Of a DNA stretch of 64,000 nucleotides, positions 29,088 through 39,620 are shown one piece after another. The stretch spans positions 32,001 to 96,000 of the forward strand of contig JBITAJ010000028.1 in assembly GCA_044440125.1 (NCBI GenBank), written 5' to 3'. Source of the DNA: Sedimentisphaeraceae bacterium JB056. Lineage in GTDB: Bacteria; Planctomycetota; Phycisphaerae; Sedimentisphaerales; Sedimentisphaeraceae. The notes under the pieces were generated by a model. It searched no databases, was not told where the DNA came from, and worked only from the letters and a program-made list of their open reading frames with translations. The position numbers and the translations under genes are program-made. How positions within the stretch are numbered: the first letter of the stretch is position 1; every line of letters starts with the position of its first letter.

Positions 29088-29900
29088 ATGGTTAAACTTA
29101 AATTAGGGCGTATCAGGGATTTATTAATACTTTCAGCGGTCATTACGGCAGCATTCACCGGAAATACAAACGCCGGAGACCTCTCCAGCGCAACCGGCAG
29201 TCTCTATGAAGATATAAAGACACTGCCCCAATTAGTACTGGACGATATGCATGATGTCTATCTCAGAGAAGACAATTTCATCGCCCTCTCATTAGCCGGA
29301 GCGGCAAGCATAGCGATGCATAACAACGGAAATGACGATAAAATTGCCGACAACTTCGCAGACCACAAAAATCTAAGCGAATTTGGCGACAGGAGCCTTG
29401 ATTTCATAGGCGGCCCAGGTCAGCATTTTGCTTTCAGTGGACTGTGGTATCTGATTGCCGCGGCAAATGACGATGAACTAAATAAAGAACGCGCATGGAT
29501 AATGTTAGAAAGCCTTTCGGTAACAGGTTTCACAACGCTGACGTTAAAAGTTGCAAGAGACAACGAAACACCCAATGGTAAACCTTTAGCATGGCCAAGC
29601 GGACATACTTCAAGCTCGTTCACTGTCGCATCTGTCCTTGATGAATTTTATGGCCCAGGCGTGGGAATACCGGCATATATCCTTGCAGGTACTGTAGGTT
29701 ACCGTATGATGGAGACCGGAGATCACTGGGGCAGTGATGTTGTATTTGGTGCTGTTTTGGGATATATTACAGGCCATTCAATAGCAGGCGAAAAGAAAAG
29801 CCAATTGAAGATTGGGGAATTTTCGGTACTGCCGTATTTTCAGCCGCAACTTAACAATGATTTTGAAGGGATGGGCATTTCATTTGCCTGTCGATATTAA
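29088..29900 (+). CDS. PAP2 family phosphatase-like protein with signal peptide
   Basis: WPSGHTS and R.....HWGSDV..GA.LG motifs. Confidence 0.8.
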   Translation: MVKLKLGRIRDLLILSAVITAAFTGNTNAGDLSSATGSLYEDIKTLPQLVLDDMHDVYLREDNFIALSLAGAASIAMHNNGNDDKIADNFADHKNLSEFGDRSLDFIGGPGQHFAFSGLWYLIAAANDDELNKERAWIMLESLSVTGFTTLTLKVARDNETPNGKPLAWPSGHTSSSFTVASVLDEFYGPGVGIPAYILAGTVGYRMMETGDHWGSDVVFGAVLGYITGHSIAGEKKSQLKIGEFSVLPYFQPQLNNDFEGMGISFACRY

Positions 29901-29946
29901 CCGTTTTATAAAACAATATTGATTAATTAGGAAATGGAGAGTTGGT

Positions 29947-31359
29947 ATGAGAAATTTCTTTATAACATTATGCTTATTTGCAGTAATCGGCTCGGCTATC
30001 GGAGCCACAACAATTGAGAGGAATGACTATTACAGAGGCGCAGAAGTAATATCGGAAATAGAATTGCCCAAACCTGTGGTTAACAAGGGCTACCCTCTTG
30101 AGCTGCTGCTCAGATCACGCGGCGGAAGCGTTGAGCTTTCTGCTGACCAGACTAACCTAACCCAACTAAGCCAGATATTCTGGGCAGGTTATGGAATAGT
30201 CGACCCAACACTGCTGACTCGAAGCGTTGAATCTTATGATGACGGATACTCATTACTATTGTATCTTGTAACTAATGACAGTGTATATGTTTATGTACCG
30301 GCAGACCACAGTCTCGCAAAGATTCTGGATACTGACATACGTTCAAAATTAGCCAATGCCGCCGGAAGAAACAAGACCGTATTTGTTGCTAATGCAAGCA
30401 TAATTATTGCCGGTTCACCTAAGAAAGCCGGACACAAAAGGCCGCGCGATGGGCGTAAATACATGCTCATCGAAGCAGGCAGGGTTGCGCAGAATATGGA
30501 ACTTGAAGCAATGACTCAAGGTCTGGGATTTATTATCAGCGACAATTTCAACGAATCCAAGATAAGCTACATGCTTCGGATGCCTTCGGGGTTTGAACCT
30601 GTATCAATACTTACAATCGGCAAACTGAAGGAGCCTGTAGAATCCGTCAGCACTACTACGACGGTTATCCAACAGAACACCGAAAAACCACAGACCGTTG
30701 ACCAGATTAAGCCGCAAGAAAAAACTCTTGAAGAAGCCGAACGTTCAAAAAGACAACCTCAAAAACAAGTCGATAAAAAACGGGCACTAATATACATACC
30801 AACCAAGTATGTTTCGGAGACTGTTTTAACCGAGATTTCAAAATTGCTTGAATTAGGAGACATTGAAGTCGAGACTGCCAGCACTACACTGGAATCAATC
30901 AGAAGCGATATTGGAAATGATTTATACGCAGACATGCATATAGACTCAGTGACCCCTGAATTTTATGATGTGATAGTATTTATCGGGAATACTACTGAAA
31001 GAAGACTGTATAACCGAAATGACCGATATAACCGAAATGACCGAAATGACCGAACTTTAGAGAACTTTGCAGCAAGAGCTTACAACCAAGGCTGCATATT
31101 AGCCGCTTATGGTCAGGGCGTTGAGTTATTAGCTGATTCCGGTTTGCTCAGAAATGGCGTCAGGGCTACAGCAGATGCGCTGTCCAGACGTACTGTCAGG
31201 CAAAATGGAGGAACTTATGTAGATGAGCCTATAGTTGTCGACGGCAGGATAATAACAGCCCAAAGCGACAATAATACTGGTGGCAGCAACATTGAAACAG
31301 GACTCTCCGGATCAGTTGGCCTTGCTACACAAATTCTTAAAGAGCTTAGAGAAGAATAA
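29947..31359 (+). CDS. Secreted fusion of a SagB-like nitroreductase domain and a DJ-1/PfpI-like domain
   Basis: Signal peptide; LSQIFWAG.G and IEAGRVAQN..L.A...GLG; C-terminal YDVIVFIG and YVDEPIVVDGRIITA. Confidence 0.7.
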   Translation: MRNFFITLCLFAVIGSAIGATTIERNDYYRGAEVISEIELPKPVVNKGYPLELLLRSRGGSVELSADQTNLTQLSQIFWAGYGIVDPTLLTRSVESYDDGYSLLLYLVTNDSVYVYVPADHSLAKILDTDIRSKLANAAGRNKTVFVANASIIIAGSPKKAGHKRPRDGRKYMLIEAGRVAQNMELEAMTQGLGFIISDNFNESKISYMLRMPSGFEPVSILTIGKLKEPVESVSTTTTVIQQNTEKPQTVDQIKPQEKTLEEAERSKRQPQKQVDKKRALIYIPTKYVSETVLTEISKLLELGDIEVETASTTLESIRSDIGNDLYADMHIDSVTPEFYDVIVFIGNTTERRLYNRNDRYNRNDRNDRTLENFAARAYNQGCILAAYGQGVELLADSGLLRNGVRATADALSRRTVRQNGGTYVDEPIVVDGRIITAQSDNNTGGSNIETGLSGSVGLATQILKELREE

Positions 31360-31389
31360 CTGCAAACCAACGAAATCATCTGTAGATTT

Positions 31390-31426
31390 AAGCAGTGGCC
31401 AGAATCATCTGACCACTGCTTTTTTT
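31390..31426 (+). terminator. Intrinsic terminator
   Basis: AAGCAGTGG...CCACTGCTT stem followed by a T run. Confidence 0.75.
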
Positions 31427-31739
31427 GTTTTAATCACTGTGCCACAAGTAATTACAAAAAAACAGCAACACAAATCCCACATCACCTCTCACCTAAGATA
31501 AGGGTTTCACTTAACCCAAATTCAGGATATTAACCATTGAATCAATCGCAATTATCGGTAACAATGGTACCTAATGATCGATCAGAGATAGACAGAAAAA
31601 GGGTATATCCTGTAGAATGCGGAGAACTTTTCTAATATAAAAGAGTTAGGCACATGCTGCTCAAAGTTTATCCGTGAGAAATGTTTAAGATGTTCCATTT
31701 TACTATGGCTAAGATTTAAAGATTTGAAAGGAGAAAAAA

Positions 31740-33254
31740 ATGGAAAAATTCACAACAATATTTAATAGATCATTATTAACAGCAATAATCGTCTGCATAC
31801 TTTCTATATCCGCAGCAAATGCAATGGATATCGCAGACGAAGATATTACAACTGCTATTGAAGCTGACCTCTTTGCAGACAGTCAACTTCCTGTAAATAA
31901 AATAGATATTGAAACCAATGAGGGAATTGTAAAACTTTCAGGTACAGTAGATAATATTCTGGCTAAGGATCGGACTGAAAAAATCGCCGAGAGTATTGTC
32001 GGTGTAAGATCTATCGTGAATCTCATAGAAGTCGATCCACCTGCTCATATAACTGACATAAATATCAAAAAAGACGTTGAGCAGGCTTTAATATTTGACC
32101 CTGCTACTAACTCTGATGATATAGAAATTGAAGTTGAGGTAGATCAGGGAATAGTAACACTTAGCGGCACTGCTTCATCATGGCAGCAGAAAAGACTCTG
32201 TTCAACAGTTGCAAAAGGCGTAAAAGGCGTCACTGAAATCGTTAATAACATCAAAATCGAATACGGTATTGAAAGAAGTGATGACCAGATTAAAGATGAA
32301 ATACAGGCAATGCTTTCAAACGACATAAAAGTCGATGATGCAATGATATACATAGAAGTTGAAGACGGCAATGTAATGTTAAAAGGAAGTGTAGGCAGCT
32401 TGGCAGAAAAGAATAGTGCCAGAATGCTTTCATGGGTATCAGGAGTCGAGAATGTGAACACAGACCATCTTGAAATAAAGTGGTGGGCACGTGACTCCAT
32501 GAGACGAAAAAAGATGTATATCTCACGAAGTGATGATGAAATCGAAAAAGCAGTCACTGATGCGATAATGTACGACCCAAGAGTAAATTACTTCGATATC
32601 AACATAGATGTAAAATTCGGCAAGGTAATACTTAGCGGCGTTGTAGATAATTTGAAAGCCAAAAAAGCTGCTGAATGGGACGCTAAAAACACAATAGGCG
32701 TGTCAATTGTAAACAACAACATACGTATTCGATTTGCAGAGGATGTCTCTGATGACAATTTGACTTCAGCTATCACTGAAAATTTCAAAAGCGACCCATA
32801 CCTTGAAAGGTTTGATATTGAAGTAATAGTCATTGGCGGCAAGGTTTATCTATATGGGGATGTAAACACTTCCTAGGAACAAAATTATGCAGAGAAATCG
32901 ATTGAAAATTTCCAAGGCGTAATAGACGTTTTCAATAATATAGAAGCAAGAAATAAATGGACCTGGCGCCCTGACTGGGAGATCAAGCAAAATGTTGAAG
33001 ACCAGATAATGTGGAGTCCATTCGTTGACGGTGATGACATTACCGTTTCTGTAAAAGATGGAGTAGTAACACTTCGCGGCGAAGTCGAAACTTACTCAGA
33101 AGGACAGAGCGCCGTTGACAACGCCTATGAAGGCGGAGCCAAAAAGGTGGAAAACGATCTTGATATACACTATGAATATTACGGGCCATACCATTACAGC
33201 CCATATTCACCGCCCTATTACTATCCATACTACTCATATGGCTATTACTATTAA
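31740..33254 (+). pseudogene. Six-BON-domain periplasmic protein interrupted by one in-frame TAG (32874-32876)
   Basis: ORFs 31740-32876 and 33009-33254 are in the same frame; the 44 codons between them are open and complete BON repeat 5 and begin repeat 6; signal peptide; Tyr-rich C-terminal tail. Confidence 0.75.
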
Positions 33255-33336
33255 TTAAAGAAAAAGCAACTAAGCACAAAGATATATCGGAATTAACGCA
33301 ACAGTCTGAGATGGCTGATTCTATATATCCAGGTCT

Positions 33337-33370
33337 AAGCCTCGACTTTGAGAAGAGTCGGGGCTTTTTT
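33337..33370 (+). terminator. Intrinsic terminator
   Basis: AAGCCTCGACT...AGTCGGGGCTT plus T run. Confidence 0.75.
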
Positions 33371-33492
33371 AATGCCCTGACGTCACGCTTAGATTATTAA
33401 TATTAAAAAACTTGACAAATAGTAAGCTAATGTTAATCTTATTACTAATGGTATGCATTAACATGTATTAATATTAAGAAAGGAGCGTCATA

Positions 33493-35286
33493 ATGAGGAA
33501 AACTTTAAAATTCATCTCATTCCTAATTCTACTGACATTAATCCCCGGCTGTCTGGAAATGGAGCGGCACGTATGGCTCAATCCCGATGGTTCAGGCAAG
33601 GCAACTGTACGAGTAGTAATACCCGACTCAGCAAGAATGCAGGCCCTCGCGATGGGAGAAGCTAATTTATCAAAGCAGCAACAAGCTCTGGATATTGCCA
33701 AAGAAATAACAGGCCTTTCATTCTATTCTGACGACAATAGCTACGAGCAATGGCACTTTTCTGAAAACAGTGTAGAAAGCGGAACATATTGGGACAACGT
33801 AGATTTTGGGGTTACAGAAGACGACAAGATATATTTCAACGGTACAGTATACTTCAAAAACTATAATGAGTTTTTTGACGATATGAACTCAATGCTGGAC
33901 GATATAGATATAATTGGCAATATCGAGCTCATTACTGGCGAAAACGGCGAGATGCATCTTGTCGAAACAGTAAATGAATGGCAAATGGAGGAAGAAGACA
34001 ACTCCAAATCAGAAACAGAAGAGCTGACCGAAGACCAATTGCAATTCAGAAAATCTCAGATGCGCTCACAGCTTAAGCAAACGATAGCCATGCTCAAGCC
34101 ATACATCGAGAACATGAACATTTCTACATATTACTACTTTCCAGGTGATGTGACTGATTATACCGGCTTTGAAATATTCGACAAAGGCATCACATACACT
34201 ATAACAGGCAGCGATATAATCAAAGGCTACGATGCGATTTTGCTTGACGATGAAGCTCTCGCTCAAATTGCTGAAAAAGAAAACAACTCAATAGGAATGA
34301 TGATCGGAAAGGACTTCCTTAGAGAAAAACTATTCGGCACAAAAGAGCTTTTCAAAGCAAGTATTAAACCACAGACAAGCTTTGATTTCACGCAGGAAAC
34401 AGAAAATGCCAAGGCATACCTTCCTGAACTCAAAGAAAAACTGAGCATCAATGATGAAATTACTGTTGATGAAAATTCTGCGGCGGCTAAAGTAATCAGC
34501 TCAGAAGTTACCGCTGTTTCATTTGTCAGAAAGCCTGCACTTGCTGACAAGTTTAAAGACAGCTCATACGGTTCATATAACACAGAAAACAGTGCGGTTG
34601 TCTGCGTAGACTTTGATACACCTATAGAAAAAGATGATATCGAAATCAAGCTTGTAACCGCAAATGATAACAAAAACCGCTCACTTATCACAGAAGATAA
34701 CTGGACATATGTGGAATATCAGTCTGACGATAAAACAAGAATAGCCTTCGAGGTGGATATCGCACAGCCTTATAAGGACACAGAATACATCAATGGACTC
34801 GAATTCAAAGCCGAACTGACATACAAAGGTGACCCTGAAGTAATCAACGCTGGCGAAATAGTACCTGCTAAAGACGCGGTATCCCAGGATGGCAAAATCA
34901 AAATCATTGATTGGCAGGTAAGGGAAAATGCCGCTTTACTTGCAAAGGAACAATTGGCAATCCCTGAAGACGACAGAGAGCCAATTTCTTTCGCAAGAAT
35001 AGGCCTTGAGCTTACTACAGATTTGAAGTACATCAGCGATATTGCTCTTTTCAATTCGAAAGGTAAAAAACTGAACGCTTATGGAAACTGTGGTGATGAT
35101 ATCGAGGAAGTACGCCCGGGATGTTTCTCTGGATATTTGAATATCTACGAAGAAGTGCCGGACTTCATAATAATAAAGGCCATAGGTTCGGATCATTTCA
35201 ATCAAACAAGTTTCAATTTCTCAACCGAAGCATTCGATCTTATGGGCAAGCCTATTGAGAAAGAACAGAATGAAACAGTGAATTAA
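33493..35286 (+). CDS. Acidic lipoprotein of unknown function (LppM-like N-terminus), paralog 1
   Basis: Lipobox IPGC followed by LEME..V.LNPDGSG; AAGGAG RBS. Confidence 0.7.
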   Translation: MRKTLKFISFLILLTLIPGCLEMERHVWLNPDGSGKATVRVVIPDSARMQALAMGEANLSKQQQALDIAKEITGLSFYSDDNSYEQWHFSENSVESGTYWDNVDFGVTEDDKIYFNGTVYFKNYNEFFDDMNSMLDDIDIIGNIELITGENGEMHLVETVNEWQMEEEDNSKSETEELTEDQLQFRKSQMRSQLKQTIAMLKPYIENMNISTYYYFPGDVTDYTGFEIFDKGITYTITGSDIIKGYDAILLDDEALAQIAEKENNSIGMMIGKDFLREKLFGTKELFKASIKPQTSFDFTQETENAKAYLPELKEKLSINDEITVDENSAAAKVISSEVTAVSFVRKPALADKFKDSSYGSYNTENSAVVCVDFDTPIEKDDIEIKLVTANDNKNRSLITEDNWTYVEYQSDDKTRIAFEVDIAQPYKDTEYINGLEFKAELTYKGDPEVINAGEIVPAKDAVSQDGKIKIIDWQVRENAALLAKEQLAIPEDDREPISFARIGLELTTDLKYISDIALFNSKGKKLNAYGNCGDDIEEVRPGCFSGYLNIYEEVPDFIIIKAIGSDHFNQTSFNFSTEAFDLMGKPIEKEQNETVN

Positions 35287-35333
35287 CAATTCATCACCAA
35301 AACTTAAATTAAATCTTTGATAGGTATAAAAAA

Positions 35334-37034
35334 ATGAAGAAATTTATATTTTTAAGCTTAATAGCAATGATTATGGCAGGTTGCCTTGAAGTCGAGGAAG
35401 ATTATTATATCAACCCGGATGGTTCAGGTAAACTTATAACAAAAACAGTTATCTTTGAAGATACCGCAGGAATGATGGGATCTCAGTATAATGTAAAAAG
35501 CTCCGAAGAGTTGGCTAAGAAAATTGCTCAGGAAATGTTGAGCCAATACAAAACCGGCACTGATACAGATAGCGATGACTACTTATACATATCCGATATG
35601 GAATACGGTCAGGCAGACACTGGTACATATTATGTGAATGCTACGATATATTTCAGCGATGTTAATTTGACATTAGAAAACAACGATATCCAGGTATTCA
35701 GCGCTGGCGAAAACAGTGAAGGCCAATTCATCCTTGCAGTGGTTAATGATACGACTGAAGAAAGAGAACTGAAAGAAGAAAAGGATCAAGCAGATATAGA
35801 CGAGGAAAAGCTGAAACTTAAAGCCGAGCAGATAAAGGCACAGCTTAACACAAGCAAAACATCTGCTGAGATGTATCTAAAAAGCTTCAAATCATCAAGC
35901 AAGTATCACTTTGCAGGCAATATTGTCTCATACGATGGTTTTGATCTTACTGACAACACACTCAGTCTTAATCTAACCGGCAAAGAGATATTAGGCAATA
36001 TCGACAAACTTGTCAATGATGATTCAAAGCTGATGCAATTAGCCGCATCAGAAACATCATCACCTTATGAAGACACTGCTATCATGTCTGAACTAATGTT
36101 TGGTAAATCAACAATTCAGTTTACAGGCGAAAAAGATGACAGCAAGCCGGCGTTTGATTTTTCAGAAGAAATCGAGAAAGCGAAGATTGCTCATGAAGGG
36201 TATATGAAAGAACTTGAACTGGATTCCGCCAATCTATCTGATACAACTACAGAAATCAAGACCGCGAACATGCCTGAAATCAAGAACGTTGGATTAGTCG
36301 CCATATCTGCTATAAACAAGCCTTACCGAAAAGAAGAGAAACAAAATGACCACTTCTATAATATATCATCATACGATATGGATGAACCCGGCATAAGACT
36401 TACGCTTTGCATCGAATTAACAAATGAGATCGCTGACACAGGACTGACTAAATTTGAGCAGATCATTGATGATAAGGGCAATATACTCTCCGTAATTGAC
36501 AGCTACAATACTCCATCTGCTTCAAAAGACAGAAAAAATATACTTGTAAGCCAAAAATTCAAAGGTCTGCCCTCTGAAGATGCCGCATATTTCAAGAACA
36601 TAAAAGGCACGATCACTTGTCAGGCAATGAATGAACCTCGCATGGTTGAGCTTGGCGAAATTTCCGTTATAGAAAATGCAAAATCAGAGAATGGTACTCT
36701 TTCAATCGAAAGCCTTTACGAAGGAGGATACGGAGACAATGGAAGCATGCAATTGAAAATCAATTACGACAAGGCAAAAATCATAGACATCCAAATATTT
36801 GACACCTTGGGGACAGAGATCAATTGCTCATATCAAAAGATGTATGGACACAACAACATTTATTCAACATACATCAATTTTGAACAAAATTATCCAGACA
36901 CTTTGCTTGTAAAAGCTGTTGTCGTTGACGGCACAAAAGAAATTGAACTACCGTTTGAAACCGGACCTGTAGACTTTAACGGCAATCCTGTTGAAGTTGA
37001 ACAGAAAGAACCACAAAGTAAAGATTCAGAATAA
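35334..37034 (+). CDS. Acidic lipoprotein of unknown function (LppM-like N-terminus), paralog 2
   Basis: Lipobox MAGC followed by LEVE....INPDGSG; colinear similarity to the upstream gene. Confidence 0.7.
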   Translation: MKKFIFLSLIAMIMAGCLEVEEDYYINPDGSGKLITKTVIFEDTAGMMGSQYNVKSSEELAKKIAQEMLSQYKTGTDTDSDDYLYISDMEYGQADTGTYYVNATIYFSDVNLTLENNDIQVFSAGENSEGQFILAVVNDTTEERELKEEKDQADIDEEKLKLKAEQIKAQLNTSKTSAEMYLKSFKSSSKYHFAGNIVSYDGFDLTDNTLSLNLTGKEILGNIDKLVNDDSKLMQLAASETSSPYEDTAIMSELMFGKSTIQFTGEKDDSKPAFDFSEEIEKAKIAHEGYMKELELDSANLSDTTTEIKTANMPEIKNVGLVAISAINKPYRKEEKQNDHFYNISSYDMDEPGIRLTLCIELTNEIADTGLTKFEQIIDDKGNILSVIDSYNTPSASKDRKNILVSQKFKGLPSEDAAYFKNIKGTITCQAMNEPRMVELGEISVIENAKSENGTLSIESLYEGGYGDNGSMQLKINYDKAKIIDIQIFDTLGTEINCSYQKMYGHNNIYSTYINFEQNYPDTLLVKAVVVDGTKEIELPFETGPVDFNGNPVEVEQKEPQSKDSE

Positions 37035-37038
37035 AACG

Positions 37039-37074
37039 AAAAGGCCTCGATTTTGAATATCGAGGCCTTTTTTT
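37039..37074. terminator. Bidirectional intrinsic terminator
   Basis: AAAAGGCCTCGAT / ATCGAGGCCTTTT between convergent genes. Confidence 0.85.
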
Positions 37075-37082
37075 ATTTCAAT

Positions 37083-38069
37083 TCAGTTATTTTCGTAGCC
37101 CTTCGCTTTCCAGCATGCAACCCAGCGGCCTGATTGAACTTCCTTCAAAGGCGGCTCGGTCTCTATGCATTTTCGATACCCTTTGCATATCTTACACCTT
37201 GGATGAAACTTACAACCGGTCGGGAAATGCAATGGATCGGGTACGCTGCCTTTAATTGTCTGTAAACGAACCGTCTTTTGACCAAGTTTGGGCAGAGAAT
37301 CAAGCAGCCCTTGGGTATATGGATGTAGAGGATTATCAAATATCTGCTCAACAGAAGCCTTTTCTGCAATTTTAGAAGCATACATTACAACAACATCATC
37401 TGCGTTTTCAGCCACAACACCTAAATCGTGAGTGATAAGAAGTATACTCATCTTATTACGCTGCTGCAAATCACGGATAAGTTCGAGTATTTGGGCTTGG
37501 ATTGTAACATCAAGAGCCGTAGTTGGCTCATCAGCTATAAGCAGAGAAGGATTGCAGCTTAGAGCCATAGCTATCATTATACGTTGCCTCATACCACCAG
37601 AAAGCTGGTGAGGATATTCATCTATCCTCCTAATCGGGTCAGCAATCCCGACAAGCGAAAGGATATCTATAACACGCTCATAAATCTGCTGCTCTGTCAG
37701 CTTCTCATGCTGACGTATTGCTTCAGCAATTTGATAACCAATGGTATATACTGGATTGAGGCTTGTCATAGGCTCCTGAAAGATCATCGCAATCTCATTG
37801 CCTCTTATTTGCCTCATTCTCTTTTCATCGGCATTTGTAAGCTCCTCACCTTTGAAAAAAATCTTACCTGCTGATATCTTACCTGGTGGTATGGGAAGCA
37901 AACGAAGTATTGCAAGAGATGTAACGCTTTTACCACAGCCGCTTTCCCCAACTACAGCCAGTGTCTTGCCTTCATCTACACCATAGCTGACCCCACCGAC
38001 AGCTTTAACAACACCGTCATCGGTAGAAAAACTTACTTCAAGGTTTTGTATAGAAAGCAACTGGTTCAT
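37083..38069 (-). CDS. Oligopeptide/dipeptide ABC transporter ATP-binding protein (OppD/DppD family)
   Basis: [45 protein letters not shown] and the C-terminal Cys cluster; likely start MNQLL at 38069. Confidence 0.9.
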   Translation of the reverse strand: MNQLLSIQNLEVSFSTDDGVVKAVGGVSYGVDEGKTLAVVGESGCGKSVTSLAILRLLPIPPGKISAGKIFFKGEELTNADEKRMRQIRGNEIAMIFQEPMTSLNPVYTIGYQIAEAIRQHEKLTEQQIYERVIDILSLVGIADPIRRIDEYPHQLSGGMRQRIMIAMALSCNPSLLIADEPTTALDVTIQAQILELIRDLQQRNKMSILLITHDLGVVAENADDVVVMYASKIAEKASVEQIFDNPLHPYTQGLLDSLPKLGQKTVRLQTIKGSVPDPLHFPTGCKFHPRCKICKGYRKCIETEPPLKEVQSGRWVACWKAKGYENN

Positions 38070-38109
38070 TTTACAAATACCTGCCTGTCCAGAATAAAAA
38101 CGCGCAAGC

Positions 38110-38137
38110 AAAAAAGCCCGGTTACGGCCGGGCTTTT
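38110..38137 (-). terminator. Intrinsic terminator after rplU
   Basis: AAAAAAGCCCGG-TTACGG-CCGGGCTTTT. Confidence 0.75.
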
Positions 38138-38178
38138 GAGTTAGCTTATTTTATCGCAAAAGCGATCAACGTAACCAA

Positions 38179-38508
38179 TCAGGCTTCGATAGTATCGATG
38201 ATCACCTGAAGATATTTCTGCCTGTGACCAATTCTTTTCTTACTATTCTTACGCCTGCGGAAATGAGTAGGGTAAAGCTTTGGGCCTTTTACAACAGCAT
38301 CGCCATCGTAAATATCAAGCTTAGCGACAACTTTGGCACCTTCGATATAAGGCTTACCAACCTTAACCTGTTCACCATCATTGACAAACAGAACATTGCT
38401 GAGCTCAATTGTTTCTGCGCCTTCAGCTACATCAACAAGCTCGATATTAATCTTATCGCCCTGCGATACCTTATATTGTTTACCACCTTGTTCGATTATT
38501 GCATACAT
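38179..38508 (-). CDS. rplU: 50S ribosomal protein L21
   Basis: MYAIIEQGGKQYKV, VGKPYIEGAKV and RRRKNS.K.IGHRQ motifs; start MYAII with GGAG RBS. Confidence 0.95.
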   Translation of the reverse strand: MYAIIEQGGKQYKVSQGDKINIELVDVAEGAETIELSNVLFVNDGEQVKVGKPYIEGAKVVAKLDIYDGDAVVKGPKLYPTHFRRRKNSKKRIGHRQKYLQVIIDTIEA

Positions 38509-38783
38509 ATTATAAATCTCCAAATTTTCATTTACAAATAGAGCGACAATTCTAATCGTTTAGGCCAGATAGTAAAGAAGATTTTATGATTTTTAGCCGT
38601 CTGGGGCAAAAAAACTTGCATAACGGGCCTAAAAACAGCAAAAAACAGTAGAAAAAACCAAAAAAAACTTGAAATAAAAAAACAATTCAGGATAATAAGG
38701 GTAAACATATATAACAAATACACAATGGCAACTTTGTTTATTGCGTCTTCAAGAAGGCGAAAACTTTTACGGGGGTTAACATA

Positions 38784-39260
38784 ATGAAACTGAGCAGATC
38801 AACCGGCTACGGACTTATAGCTGTAGGTTATATCGCTCAATACGGCGATAATAACACAGCTATCCTTGCCTCAACAATCTCGGAGGAATACGGCATCCCT
38901 CTGGAGTATCTTTTGAAGATTCTTCAGTTGTTGGTGCGATCAAACGTTCTTCGGAGTAAGAGAGGTCCCAGAGGCGGCTTCTATCTCACTAAATCATTGG
39001 AAGAAACAACTCTTCTCGAAATAGTTGAAGCAGTTGATGGACCTATGAATAACGAACTGCAACTACCGGAAAAGGCTAAAGATACCAGTTTTATCCTGAA
39101 GATTTCTGGTGCGTGTTCAAGAATAACAGAAAAAACAAGGGATATGCTTGCCGCTGTGAAACTCAGCGATGTCGTTGTAAATGAAAAGGCTAAAGAAACA
39201 GCTGAGCAACAGGAACAATCACAACCAAAGCCAACACTTCACCAAAAAGATGAATATTAA
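38784..39260 (+). CDS. Rrf2 family transcriptional regulator without the Fe-S Cys triad
   Basis: IPLEYLLKILQLL....L.SKRGPRGGFYL and TLLEIVEAVDG motifs. Confidence 0.9.
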   Translation: MKLSRSTGYGLIAVGYIAQYGDNNTAILASTISEEYGIPLEYLLKILQLLVRSNVLRSKRGPRGGFYLTKSLEETTLLEIVEAVDGPMNNELQLPEKAKDTSFILKISGACSRITEKTRDMLAAVKLSDVVVNEKAKETAEQQEQSQPKPTLHQKDEY

Positions 39261-39513
39261 AGAATTTCAGAACTGGATAGAAAACCGTTACGGAAGCCGT
39301 GACAGAGAACGTGGAACAGCAGCAACGTTCATGTGGTTTATTGAAGAAGTTGGAGAGCTTTCAACCGCTCTTAGCGGTGACGACTTCGAGAACAAGCAGG
39401 AAGAATTCGCAGACGTATTCGCCTGGCTATGCACACTAGCAAACATAAACGGAGTTGATATAGAAAAAGCTTGCGAAAAATACACCGTAAAAGGTGTTGA
39501 AGGATATAAATAG
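39250..39513 (+). CDS. MazG-like nucleotide pyrophosphohydrolase
   Basis: WFIEEVGEL and EEFADVFAWL..LAN motifs; start MNIKEFQ overlaps the Rrf2 stop. Confidence 0.85.
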   Translation: MNIKEFQNWIENRYGSRDRERGTAATFMWFIEEVGELSTALSGDDFENKQEEFADVFAWLCTLANINGVDIEKACEKYTVKGVEGYK

Positions 39514-39620
39514 TAATATGAAGTTATCGGTTGGGAGACGTTACTCTCAATCAAATAGAATAACGTTAACCGCCAATGCGGTTATGTAAGTGTTAATACT
39601 CAAATCAATTGGGGGTTTTC

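Noticed and set aside
32874..32876. Genome-wide TAG reassignment (alternative genetic code)
   Set aside because: No other gene in the window appears interrupted, and TAG terminates the MazG-like and sigma-factor ORFs at expected positions
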